Virus genome (UHGV): UHGV-0167591
DNA: 64,000 bases
Strand: one strand, 5' to 3'
Source of the DNA: a virus
Shown piece after piece: positions 12,219 to 21,416 of this stretch. Position 1 is the stretch's first letter; each line of letters opens with the position of its first letter. The notes under the pieces are model-generated. The model searched no databases. It had not been told where the DNA came from and saw only the letters and a list, made by a program, of their open reading frames with translations. The translations under genes and the position numbers were made by a program.

Positions 12219-13007
12219 ATGCTGGAAAAAGACTACCAGTTATCCGCATATAAGAAATTGGCCGCCGCCGGTGGGATGAAAACACCTGGTGCCATAACAT
12301 CGGCACGAAACAGTGCTAACACGGCAAAACTGCTTGCAGAAGAATTGACCGGATTAATTCTGGATACAATTGTCTATCCCGACACTATTACCAGCTATGT
12401 TTCAACGATCAGAACAACCGCAACCGGTTTAACGAATATTGGAGGGCTAGCAACTCAGCACGCTGACCTGTTGGCTGGTTATGCTGATCTGTCAATGCTC
12501 CTTCAACTCGATATTGGTTGGGATGTTTACTGTCGTGCTAATGAGCGAGAAGTTTCAGAACTGCCGATCTCTATTGCCATTGGCGACGCGACTACAACGA
12601 AATCGCTTGAGGACGCTGTAAATACGCTTAATACGTCGAGTTTAATCGCTGCTATGGGGGACATTAACCAGACCCTTAACACAGGCTCAGGCAGCTCGTC
12701 AGGCTCTGATTCCGGTGGTGGCGCAGTCACTCCCCCACCATCACTGACAGAACAACAAGTTGAAGCACTGAAGGAAGCAACTGAACAATTTGGTGCTTTT
12801 TTCGACCAGACAACAGTACCGGTAGCAGCATTGCAACAGCAGTATGAACGAGCGAAGGAAAGCGCCAGCGTAGCCATAACTGCTTATAACCATGCTATCG
12901 GTACCGCGCTGGCAGAAGCATCAGCAAATAAGGCCAGCACAGCCAGCGCAGTCGCAGCTTTGGTTCCTGATTCTGTTCTTGATGAATTAAATAAGGCAGC
13001 ACAGTAA
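12219..13007 (+). CDS. hypothetical protein with Ser/Gly-rich linker
   Basis: About 262 aa from MLEKDYQ; low-complexity GSGSSSGSDSGGG segment; overlaps the PAAR-like gene. Confidence 0.4.
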   Translation: MLEKDYQLSAYKKLAAAGGMKTPGAITSARNSANTAKLLAEELTGLILDTIVYPDTITSYVSTIRTTATGLTNIGGLATQHADLLAGYADLSMLLQLDIGWDVYCRANEREVSELPISIAIGDATTTKSLEDAVNTLNTSSLIAAMGDINQTLNTGSGSSSGSDSGGGAVTPPPSLTEQQVEALKEATEQFGAFFDQTTVPVAALQQQYERAKESASVAITAYNHAIGTALAEASANKASTASAVAALVPDSVLDELNKAAQ

Positions 13008-13027
13008 CAAAGGACTTCACAGATAAT
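13006..13027 (+). promoter_or_regulatory. late-promoter-like box upstream of the spanin genes
   Basis: aacaaaggacttcacagataat: variant of the recurring ACAAGTGACT box followed by gataat. Confidence 0.3.
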
Positions 13028-13046
13028 TTTTCTTCAGGAGGAAGAC

Positions 13047-13469
13047 ATGTCATTCTTTTCTACGTTAAAAACAGCTTTGTCTTTGAAGGAGAAACTTGCT
13101 GCTACTGGTGTTCTTGTTCTGATTTGCGCACTTGTTGGTGCTGGGTTTGCATGGGAACGTTATCAGCTAAAGCAAGCCTTGGAGAAAATTGGCAGTCTTG
13201 ATCAGGCTGTTAAGGAGCGTGATAAGTCAATAATGGATCTTAACCAGACCATTGAGACGATGAACAAAGCAGATCAACATTTTCACAGCCAGGAAGTGAA
13301 AAATGAATCAGAACAAGCCAAGTATGCTGACAGGCAAATGGAACGAAAAGCAGAAGTTCAGAAACAACTGGTTGCGGCGGGTAATGTTCGCCAGCGCATT
13401 CCTGCTGACACTCAGCGGTTGCTCCGGAAGTCGATCAGCGAATTTAACGCCGACGCCGACAAAGGTTAA
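13047..13469 (+). CDS. i-spanin (Rz-like inner-membrane lysis protein)
   Basis: N-terminal transmembrane helix (AATGVLVLICALVGAGFAW) followed by a charged coiled-coil region. Confidence 0.55.
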   Translation: MSFFSTLKTALSLKEKLAATGVLVLICALVGAGFAWERYQLKQALEKIGSLDQAVKERDKSIMDLNQTIETMNKADQHFHSQEVKNESEQAKYADRQMERKAEVQKQLVAAGNVRQRIPADTQRLLRKSISEFNADADKG

Positions 13470-13635
13470 CCACCCTGCCCCCAAAAGTGCATTTATGTGC
13501 AGGATGCCGGAGTTTAGCAGTGAATATTTTGATGATCTGCCAGCGTATATCCTCGATACAGAAACGATGCTGATGGGGATTAACAGGAAGAATCGCAACG
13601 TTAATGATTACAACCGCGCTATCAGCGGTAACTAA
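13384..13635 (+). CDS. o-spanin (Rz1-like outer-membrane lipoprotein) overlapping the i-spanin in another frame
   Basis: Lipobox LTLSGC, Pro-rich mature region (PTPTKVNHPAP); starts inside and extends past the i-spanin gene. Confidence 0.55.
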   Translation: MFASAFLLTLSGCSGSRSANLTPTPTKVNHPAPKSAFMCRMPEFSSEYFDDLPAYILDTETMLMGINRKNRNVNDYNRAISGN

Positions 13636-13646
13636 AAGGGATTTTT

Positions 13647-14039
13647 ATGTCTGATAAAGTAACAGTAAAGCAAACTATCAACAAAGCGACTTCAATCTAC
13701 AAAATTGAGCAAATCACTGTTGGCAAGCCAGGATCTGAACAATTCCGTCATGCTTTCGAACTTGCCGATCAGCTTGGTTTAAAACATCCAGATTGTATTG
13801 AGCATGTATTTCCAACTTATGCTGATGAGCAATGTACTCAAGTGCTTACTGAAGAGGATTTCTTCAGCACTGAAGAACGAGAAGGTGTTGATCGCTGCAT
13901 TGGTGTGATTTGTTCTTCAGTGAGTGATGAGTTATTCCCTAATGTGCCTGAATATGGTGGTATTGGATACCAGTTCTTGTACGAGGGCGATGAGCTTAAA
14001 TGCTATGAACATGGCCTTCTCATTGAAAGCGTAGAATAA
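13647..14039 (+). CDS. hypothetical protein
   Basis: 130-aa ORF with its own Shine-Dalgarno; no recognisable domain. Confidence 0.35.
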   Translation: MSDKVTVKQTINKATSIYKIEQITVGKPGSEQFRHAFELADQLGLKHPDCIEHVFPTYADEQCTQVLTEEDFFSTEEREGVDRCIGVICSSVSDELFPNVPEYGGIGYQFLYEGDELKCYEHGLLIESVE

Positions 14040-14052
14040 TACGACTCCCTTC

Positions 14053-14080
14053 CAACCGGCTACGTTGGCCGGTTTTTCAC
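14053..14080 (+). terminator. rho-independent terminator
   Basis: aaccggctacgttggccggttttt. Confidence 0.5.
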
Positions 14081-14160
14081 TTATCCACATTATCCACTGG
14101 ATAGATCCAATAATTAGACCCATACAGATCCTAATTAGATCCATATAGATCCCTGATCGT
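14081..14160. promoter_or_regulatory. plasmid origin core (oriR-like): tandem DnaA boxes and a cluster of five GATC sites
   Basis: TTATCCACA at 14081-14089 and TTATCCACT at 14090-14098; GATC repeated five times within 14104-14160; a further DnaA box at 14331-14339. Confidence 0.75.
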
Positions 14161-14197
14161 TGCAGGCCGCGCCACGTCTGGCTTAGAAGCCTTTCGC

Positions 14198-14303
14198 GAT
14201 GTGTGCTGGAGGGAAAACGATGTGCGCTGGAGGGAAAAAAATGTGTGCTGACGGGTTGCTAATGTGTGCTGGCGGGATATAGGATGTGTGCTGACGGGAA
14301 AGC
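14198..14303 (+). repeat. five direct 19-bp iterons upstream of repA (incC-like)
   Basis: gatgtgtgctggagggaaa and four variants (tgtgcgctggagggaaa, tgtgtgctgacgggtt, tgtgtgctggcgggat, tgtgtgctgacgggaa). Confidence 0.85.
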
Positions 14304-14358
14304 ATGGGTAGTTATCATCACTTATAAAAACTATCCACATAATTCTGGAAAAGCTAAT

Positions 14359-15219
14359 ATGAATCAATCTTTTATCTCCGATATTCTTTACGCAGACATT
14401 GAGAGTAAGGCAAAAGAACTAACAGTTAATTCAAACAACACTGTGCAGCCTGTAGCGTTGATGCGTTTGGGGGTATTCGTGCCGAAGCCATCAAAGAGCA
14501 AAGGAGAAAGTAAAGAGATTGATGCCACCAAAGCGTTTTCTCAGTTGGAGATAGCTAAAGCCGAAGGTTACGATGACATTAAAATCACCGGTCCTCGACT
14601 CGATATGGATACTGATTTCAAAACGTGGATCGGTGTTATCTACGCGTTCAGCAAATACGGCTTGTCCTCAAACACCATCCAGTTATCGTTTCAGGAATTC
14701 GCTAAAGCCTGTGGTTTCCCCTCAAAACGTCTGGATGCGAAACTGCGTTTAACCATTCATGAATCACTTGGCCGCTTGCGTAACAAGGGTATCGCTTTTA
14801 AGCGCGGTAAAGATGCTAAAGGTGGCTACCAGACTGGTCTGTTGAAGGTCGGACGTTTCGATGCTGACCTCGATCTGATCGAGCTGGAAGCCGACTCGAA
14901 GCTGTGGGAGCTGTTCCAGCTTGATTATCGCGTCCTGTTGCAGCACCACGCCTTGCGTGCCCTTCCGAAGAAAGAAGCTGCGCAAGCTATTTACACCTTC
15001 ATTGAAAGCCTTCCGCAGAACCCGTTGCCGCTATCGTTCGCGCGAATCCGCGAGCGCCTGGCTTTGCAGTCAGCCGTTGGCGAACAAAACCGTATCATTA
15101 AGAAAGCGATAGAACAGCTTAAAACAATCGGCTATCTCGACTGTTCAATTGAGAAGAAAGGCCGGGAAAGTTTTGTAATCGTCCATTCTCGCAATCCAAA
15201 GCTGAAACTTCCCGAATAA
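14359..15219 (+). CDS. repA: iteron-binding plasmid replication initiator RepA
   Basis: 286 aa from MNQSFISDILYADIESK, as I recall P1 RepA; flanked by iteron arrays. Confidence 0.9.
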   Translation: MNQSFISDILYADIESKAKELTVNSNNTVQPVALMRLGVFVPKPSKSKGESKEIDATKAFSQLEIAKAEGYDDIKITGPRLDMDTDFKTWIGVIYAFSKYGLSSNTIQLSFQEFAKACGFPSKRLDAKLRLTIHESLGRLRNKGIAFKRGKDAKGGYQTGLLKVGRFDADLDLIELEADSKLWELFQLDYRVLLQHHALRALPKKEAAQAIYTFIESLPQNPLPLSFARIRERLALQSAVGEQNRIIKKAIEQLKTIGYLDCSIEKKGRESFVIVHSRNPKLKLPE

Positions 15220-15220
15220 G

Positions 15221-15503
15221 TGTGTGCTGGAGGGAAGCTGCATTAAAAAAATGTGTGCTGCCGGGAAGGCTTGTCCAATTTCCTGTTTTTGATGTGCGCT
15301 GGAGGGGGACGCCCCGCAGTTTGCCCAGACTTTCCCTCCAGCACACATCTGTCCATCCGTTTTTCCCTCCAGTGCACATGTAATTCTCTGCCTTTCCCTC
15401 CAGCACACATATTTGATACCAGCGATCCCTCCACAGCACATAATTCAATGCGACTTCCCTCTATCGCACATTCTGGTCCTGCATCATCCCTCCAGCACAC
15501 ATC
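15221..15503. repeat. nine iterons downstream of repA (incA-like copy-control array), three direct and six inverted
   Basis: tgtgtgctggagggaag, tgtgtgctgccgggaag, tgtgcgctggaggggg, then ttccctccagcacacat-type copies in opposite orientation. Confidence 0.85.
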
Positions 15504-15612
15504 TAATAGCCCCTTCGCTATTGCATAACGTGCAATAAATAACGCACATATCAAAAAAAGTTGCACGTAACAGAATCACACGTACAATTCACTTATACGA
15601 AACGATAAGGAG
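15504..15612 (+). promoter_or_regulatory. parA promoter/operator region with short inverted repeats
   Basis: attgcataacgtgcaat and gttgcacgtaac palindrome-like elements directly upstream of the parA start. Confidence 0.4.
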
Positions 15613-16824
15613 ATGATGATGAAACGCGATTACGGCGGTGTCGGCACCATAGCTCTTCGTGCAAGCGCATTGCTGAAGGCCATGAGCCAGGATATCGAAG
15701 ATCAGCGCAAAGAGTTCAATCAGACCGAGTATTATCAGACGTTTACTCGTAACGCTGTGGCAAAGTTGCCGAAGCTGAGCCGCCGCATTGTGGAGCAGGC
15801 CATCAAAGAGATGGAAGATGATGGGTACCAGTTCAACAAGAAACAGGTCGGTAACGTTGAACAGTATGCGCTTACCATCCAGAACGTCATTGATATCTAT
15901 GCCCACCGCAAGGTTCCCAAATATCGCGACATTCACAAATCGCCTTACGTTATTTTTGTCGTAAACCTGAAAGGTGGCGTATCCAAAACGGTTTCCACAG
16001 TCACGTTGGCGCACGCGCTGCGTGTGCATCAGGATTTACTGCGTCACGACCTGCGCATTCTGGTTATTGACCTTGACCCGCAGGCATCCAGCACAATGTT
16101 CCTCGACCATACTCACAGTATTGGATCCATTCTGGAAACAGCCGCACAGGCGATGCTGAACGACCTGGACGCGGAGACGCTACGCAAAGAGGTGATTCGT
16201 CCGACCATCGTTCCTGGCGTAGACGTGATTCCAGCCTCTATCGACGATGGCTTTGTTGCCAGCCAATGGAAAGAGCTAGTTGAAGAGCATCTTCCTGGAC
16301 AAAATCAGTACGAAATCCTTCGACGCAATATCATTGATCGTGTTGCTGACGATTATGACTTTATCTTTATCGATACCGGTCCGCACCTGGATCCGTTCCT
16401 GCTTAACGGTCTGGCGGCAAGCGATCTGTTGCTTACCCCTACCCCACCAGCCCAGGTTGATTTCCACTCAACTCTGAAATATCTCACCCGTCTGCCAGAA
16501 ATGCTGGAGCAACTGGAGGAGGAAGGCGTAGAGCCGCGTTTAAGCGCCAGCATTGGTTTTATGTCGAAGATGACCGGCAAGCGCGATCACGAGACATCAC
16601 ACAGCCTTGCGCGCGAGGTTTACGCCAGCAACATTCTGGACTCTTCTCTGCCTCGCCTGGATGGCTTCGAGCGATGCGGCGAGTCTTTCGACACCGTAAT
16701 CAGTGCCAACCCGCAATCGTATCCAGGCAGTGCTGAGGCACTGAAGAAGGCACGAACCGAGGCCGAGCGTTTCACTAAGGCTGTGTTTGATCGGATTGAG
16801 TTTGTCAGGGGTGAGTCGGCATGA
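15613..16824 (+). CDS. parA: type Ia partition ATPase ParA
   Basis: Walker A NLKGGVSKT; N-terminal extension; overall ParA/Soj layout. Confidence 0.85.
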   Translation: MMMKRDYGGVGTIALRASALLKAMSQDIEDQRKEFNQTEYYQTFTRNAVAKLPKLSRRIVEQAIKEMEDDGYQFNKKQVGNVEQYALTIQNVIDIYAHRKVPKYRDIHKSPYVIFVVNLKGGVSKTVSTVTLAHALRVHQDLLRHDLRILVIDLDPQASSTMFLDHTHSIGSILETAAQAMLNDLDAETLRKEVIRPTIVPGVDVIPASIDDGFVASQWKELVEEHLPGQNQYEILRRNIIDRVADDYDFIFIDTGPHLDPFLLNGLAASDLLLTPTPPAQVDFHSTLKYLTRLPEMLEQLEEEGVEPRLSASIGFMSKMTGKRDHETSHSLAREVYASNILDSSLPRLDGFERCGESFDTVISANPQSYPGSAEALKKARTEAERFTKAVFDRIEFVRGESA

Positions 16825-17786
16825 AGAAAATAGTTTCCCGTGGACGAGTGCTGGGTAAGAATAGCTCCGAGTTTGCTCGCATGCTTGAAGGCAGTGAAGG
16901 CACCAAAACCTTTACCCTAAAATCTGGCCGCCAGGCTAAATTTTTGCTTACCGTTGTGCTGAGTGGTGAGATTGAGTCGCGCACGTTCGTTGACCCGGCA
17001 GTTAACGGCCGCGATCAGTCTCTGCTTACTCCTGAGTCGGTAAGCGATATTTCCCGCACCATTAAATTGCAACAGTTCTTCCCGGCTATCGGTCGTATGG
17101 TTGGGGAGCGCATTGAGGTATTGGACGGATCACGCCGCCGTGCTGCGTGTATCTTCAATGAAACGAAATTTGAGATTCTGGTGACAAAAGATGAGATCAG
17201 CCTGGCGGATGCCCGCCAGCTGGCCATTGATATCCAGACAGCCCGCGAACACACCCTGCGCGAGCTGGGTAAACGCTTCGAGGTTATGTACGGCAAGAAT
17301 ATGACCAAAGAAGAGATCGCCCGAGCTGAGAACATCTCAAAGGCTAAAGTGACGCGAGCTTTCCAGGCTGCGGCGGTGCCGGATGAGATGATTGCTGTCT
17401 TCCCTGTTGCCAGCGATCTCGCCCTGCCTGATTACCAGTTGCTGCTCCAGATCTCCGAAGATGCTAACGCTAAAAACGTACCGATTGGAGAACTGGTTGA
17501 TACGGTGCGCGAGCGAATTGCAGAGACTGAGGGCGCGAAAGAGGATAAAGCGAAGATACTGGCTATCTTCAAAGCGGAAAGCAAAAGCCTGAAACCTGCG
17601 CCGGTTAAATCTGTAGTGGTAGAGAAGCTGCGAGATTTCTCTGACCGACGCCAGTACGCACGAAAGAAGACCGATCCAAAAAAACGGGTAGTCGCTTACG
17701 AGTTCTCCCGACTCCCGTCTGAAGTGCAAACTGAAATTGACGAAGCAATAAAAAAAATCATTGGAAAAATGTCTGCTGGGGAATAA
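16821..17786 (+). CDS. parB: centromere-binding partition protein ParB
   Basis: Overlaps the parA stop; ParB-like N-terminal region (RRRAA motif). Confidence 0.8.
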   Translation: MKKIVSRGRVLGKNSSEFARMLEGSEGTKTFTLKSGRQAKFLLTVVLSGEIESRTFVDPAVNGRDQSLLTPESVSDISRTIKLQQFFPAIGRMVGERIEVLDGSRRRAACIFNETKFEILVTKDEISLADARQLAIDIQTAREHTLRELGKRFEVMYGKNMTKEEIARAENISKAKVTRAFQAAAVPDEMIAVFPVASDLALPDYQLLLQISEDANAKNVPIGELVDTVRERIAETEGAKEDKAKILAIFKAESKSLKPAPVKSVVVEKLRDFSDRRQYARKKTDPKKRVVAYEFSRLPSEVQTEIDEAIKKIIGKMSAGE

Positions 17787-17834
17787 TTCCGCTGGTGGGA
17801 GGTGGTGTTATCCCCTCCCCTTCCTAAAATGTCC

Positions 17835-17930
17835 CGCGCCAATTTCATGTTTAACTGTATGATATATATAGATATTCATGAAAAATTTCAGGCTGAAATT
17901 CCCACGATTTAACGCCTGCTTTCACCGTCC
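17835..17930. promoter_or_regulatory. parS-like centromere (heptamer/hexamer boxes around an AT-rich IHF-like core)
   Basis: atttcat, atttcag, tttcacc heptamer-like boxes and ttccca hexamer flanking tatgatatatatagatatt. Confidence 0.5.
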
Positions 17931-17970
17931 ACTTCCCCGCATAAAAAATTTAAAAAATTACTTTTCGCGA

Positions 17971-17999
17971 GAAAGTCAACAAGTGACTTTCAATAAAAT
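17971..17999 (+). promoter_or_regulatory. late-promoter-like element (8-bp inverted repeat plus -10)
   Basis: gaaagtcaacaagtgactttcaataaaat; the ACAAGTGACT box recurs upstream of other late genes. Confidence 0.4.
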
Positions 18000-18029
18000 C
18001 TCTTCCGAAAAGGGATTCACACAAGTGCC

Positions 18030-19757
18030 TTGTGTTTAAGGAAGAGTAACTTGAGTAACTTACGCGAATACCAGAATCGTATTGCAGATATCGCAAAACG
18101 CTCTAAAGCCGTTCTTGGCTGGGCAAGTACAGCACAGTTCGGTACTGATAACCAATTCATCAAAGATGATGCTGCGCGTGCCGCATCTATCCTTGAAGCT
18201 GCACGCAAAGACCCGATTTTTGCTGGTATCTCTGATAATGCCACCGCTCAAATTGCTACCGCGTGGGCAAGTGCACTGGCTGACTATGCCGCAACACATA
18301 AATCTATGCCGCGTCCGGAAATTCTGGCCTCCTGCCACCAGACGCTGGAAAACTGCCTGATTGAGTCCACCCGCAATAGCATGGACTCCACCAATAAAGC
18401 GATGCTGGAATCAGTCGCGGCAGAGATGATGAGTGTTTCTGACGGTGTTATGCGTCTGCCTTTATTCCTGGCGATGATCCTGCCTGTTCAGTTGGGGGCA
18501 GCTACCGCTGATGCGTGTACCTTCATTCCGGTTACGCGTGACCAGTCCGACATCTACGAAGTCTTTAACGTGGCGGGTTCTTCTTTTGGTTCTTATGCTG
18601 CTGGTGATGTTCTGGACATGCAATCCGTTGGTGTGTACAGCCAGTTACGCCGCCGCTATGTGCTGGTGGCAAGCTCCGATGGCACCAGCAAAACCGCAAC
18701 CTTCAAGATGGAAGATTTCGAAGGCCAGAATGTCCCAATCCGCAAAGGTCGCACTAACATCTACGTTAACCGTATTAAGTCTGTTGTTGATAACGGCTCC
18801 GGCAGCCTACTTCACTCGTTTACTAATGCTGCTGGGGAGCAAATCACTGTTACCTGCTCTCTGAACTACAACATTGGTCAGATTGCCCTGTCGTTCTCCA
18901 AAGCGCCGGATAAAGGCACTGAGATCGCAATTGAGACGGAAATCAATATTGAAGCCGCTCCTGAGCTTATCCCGCTGATCAACCACGAAATGAAGAAATA
19001 CACCCTGTTCCCAAGCCAGTTCGTTATCGCGGCTGAGCACACGGTACAGGCGGCGTATGAAGCACAGCGTGAGTTTGGTCTGGACCTGGGGTCCCTACAG
19101 TTCCGCACCCTGAAGGAATACCTGTCTCATGAACAGGATATGCTGCGTCTTCGCATCATGATCTGGCGTACTCTTGCGACCGACTCCTTTGACATCGCTC
19201 TGCCGGTTAACCAGTCCTTTGATGTATGGGCAACCATCATTCGCGGCAAATTCCAGACTGTATATCGCGACATTATTGAGCGCGTTAAATCTTCTGGTGC
19301 GATGGGGATGTTTGCTGGTGCTGATGCTGCATCTTTCTTCAAACAGCTTCCGAAGGATTTCTTCCAGCCAGCTGAAGAATATACCCAGACTCCGTACGTA
19401 CACTTCATCGGCACCCTGTTCGGTAACGTGAAGGTGTACGAAGTACCTGAGGGTATTTGCACGAACCTGACCGCCGAAGGTATCCAGTTCAGCCCGATGG
19501 ATGTGCTGTGCTACGTCCGTGATGAAAATCCGGGCAAGGCAGGCTTCGTGACTGGTGATGCGGTCCCGGCTATCCCATTCCAGCATCCGACCACCCCGGC
19601 ACTGGTCAACCGAACCACTCTGTGGGGTTCTGCTATTAACGATATGCATCCACGCAACGGTGCTGACTACTTCACCCGTGTAACTCTGACTATGGCCAAA
19701 AATGGCGGAATTAACTTCCTGACCGGTAACACGATTGATGCTGGTGACTCTGAGTAA
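18030..19757 (+). CDS. large head structural protein, candidate major capsid protein (P1 gene 23 position)
   Basis: 575-aa ORF right after parS with a late-promoter-like box; real start may be the TTG at 18051 after AAGGAAG. Confidence 0.45.
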   Translation: MCLRKSNLSNLREYQNRIADIAKRSKAVLGWASTAQFGTDNQFIKDDAARAASILEAARKDPIFAGISDNATAQIATAWASALADYAATHKSMPRPEILASCHQTLENCLIESTRNSMDSTNKAMLESVAAEMMSVSDGVMRLPLFLAMILPVQLGAATADACTFIPVTRDQSDIYEVFNVAGSSFGSYAAGDVLDMQSVGVYSQLRRRYVLVASSDGTSKTATFKMEDFEGQNVPIRKGRTNIYVNRIKSVVDNGSGSLLHSFTNAAGEQITVTCSLNYNIGQIALSFSKAPDKGTEIAIETEINIEAAPELIPLINHEMKKYTLFPSQFVIAAEHTVQAAYEAQREFGLDLGSLQFRTLKEYLSHEQDMLRLRIMIWRTLATDSFDIALPVNQSFDVWATIIRGKFQTVYRDIIERVKSSGAMGMFAGADAASFFKQLPKDFFQPAEEYTQTPYVHFIGTLFGNVKVYEVPEGICTNLTAEGIQFSPMDVLCYVRDENPGKAGFVTGDAVPAIPFQHPTTPALVNRTTLWGSAINDMHPRNGADYFTRVTLTMAKNGGINFLTGNTIDAGDSE

Positions 19758-19817
19758 TCAGGGGAAGCTCTCCGTTTAACATAGCGCCCCCGCGCGGGGC
19801 GCATAACAGGGAAAGTT

Positions 19818-21407
19818 ATGTCTCAATATTCAATTCAACAGTCATTAGGTAATGCATCCGGCGTAGCGGTTAGTCCGATCAATGCCGATGCGACGTTATC
19901 TACCGGTGTTGCATTAAATAGCAGCTTATGGGCTGGTATTGGCGTATTTGCGCGTGGCAAGCCGTTTACTGTTCTCGCTGTTACTGAGTCCAATTACGAA
20001 GATGTTCTCGGCGAACCGTTGAAGCCATCTTCCGGCTCACAGTTCGAACCAATTCGTCATGTGTACGAAGCTATTCAGCAAACGTCTGGTTATGTTGTTC
20101 GTGCTGTTCCGGATGATGCGAAGTTCCCGATTATTATGTTCGATGAATCAGGCGAACCGGCTTACAGCGCGTTGCCATACGGTTCTGAAATTGAACTTGA
20201 TAGCGGCGAAGCCTTTGCGATCTACGTTGATGACGGCGACCCATGCGTTTCACCTACGCGTGAGTTAACCATCGAAACGGCAGCTGCGGACAGCGCAGGT
20301 AATGAACGCTTCCTCCTGAAACTGACCCAGACGACTTCGCTCGGTGTGGTTACGACCCTGGAGACACATATTGTATCTTTGGCGGAAGAAGCGAAAGATG
20401 ACATGGGCCGCTTGTGTTATCTGCCTACGGCTCTGGAAGCCCGTTCTAAATATCTGCGCGCGGTTGTTAATGAAGAGCTGATTTCTACCGCGAAAGTAAC
20501 AAATAAAAAATCGCTGGCGTTCACTGGCGGTACCAACGGCGATCAGTCGAAAATCTCAACTGCTGCTTACCTGCGTGCGGTGAAAGTGCTGAACAATGCG
20601 CCGTACATGTACACCGCTGTTCTCGGCCTGGGTTGCTATGACAATGCGGCGATCACCGCGTTAGGTAATATCTGTTCTGATCGCCTGATTGATGGCTTCT
20701 TTGATGTCAAACCGACATTGACGTACACGGAAGCGATCTCTGCTGTTGAAGATACCGGTTTACTTGGTACCGATTATGTAAGCTGTGCTGTCTATCACTT
20801 TCCGTTCTCCTGCAAAGACAAATGGACCCAATCCCGTGTGGTCTTCGGTCTGTCTGGCGCGGCGTATGCGGCGAAAGCTCGTGGCGTTAAGAAAAACTCC
20901 GATGTCGGCGGTTGGCATTACTCACCGGCTGGTGAAGAACGTGCCGTCATTGCTCGTGCATCACTTCAGCCGCTGTATCCGGAAGACACCCCGGACGAAG
21001 AAGCTATGGTTAAGGGGCGTCTCAATAAAGTATCTGTAGGCACCTCTGGCCAGATGATCATCGATGATGCTTTAACTTGCTGCACGCAGGACAACTATCT
21101 GCATTTCCAGCACGTACCATCCTTGATGAATGCAATCAGCCGTTTCTTTGTCCAGTTAGCCAGACAGATGAAGCATAGCCCGGACGGCATTACTGCGGCT
21201 GGCCTGACTAAAGGGATGACGAAACTTTTAGATCGCTTTGTTGCCTCCGGCGCTCTGGTGGCTCCTCGTGATCCGGATGCTGACGGTACAGAACCGTATG
21301 TGCTGAAAGTTACGCAGGCGGAATTCGATAAATGGGAAGTGGTCTGGGCCTGCTGCCCGACAGGTGTAGCCCGTCGTATCCAGGGCGTACCGCTGCTTAT
21401 TAAGTAA
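19818..21407 (+). CDS. contractile tail sheath protein
   Basis: 529 aa; overall sheath-like organisation and C-terminal region, judged from recall only. Confidence 0.6.
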   Translation: MSQYSIQQSLGNASGVAVSPINADATLSTGVALNSSLWAGIGVFARGKPFTVLAVTESNYEDVLGEPLKPSSGSQFEPIRHVYEAIQQTSGYVVRAVPDDAKFPIIMFDESGEPAYSALPYGSEIELDSGEAFAIYVDDGDPCVSPTRELTIETAAADSAGNERFLLKLTQTTSLGVVTTLETHIVSLAEEAKDDMGRLCYLPTALEARSKYLRAVVNEELISTAKVTNKKSLAFTGGTNGDQSKISTAAYLRAVKVLNNAPYMYTAVLGLGCYDNAAITALGNICSDRLIDGFFDVKPTLTYTEAISAVEDTGLLGTDYVSCAVYHFPFSCKDKWTQSRVVFGLSGAAYAAKARGVKKNSDVGGWHYSPAGEERAVIARASLQPLYPEDTPDEEAMVKGRLNKVSVGTSGQMIIDDALTCCTQDNYLHFQHVPSLMNAISRFFVQLARQMKHSPDGITAAGLTKGMTKLLDRFVASGALVAPRDPDADGTEPYVLKVTQAEFDKWEVVWACCPTGVARRIQGVPLLIK

Positions 21408-21416
21408 GGGAATACA

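Noticed and set aside
14198-15503. Possible CRISPR array, given the repeated 19-bp units
   Set aside because: The repeats are irregularly spaced, occur in both orientations, flank repA and sit next to DnaA boxes; they are replication iterons, and there are no cas genes.
19783-19805. GC-rich hairpin gcgcccccgcgcggggcgc as a terminator between head and sheath genes
   Set aside because: No following T-run and the sheath gene starts 13 nt later; more likely an attenuator or mRNA-stability stem than a full terminator.
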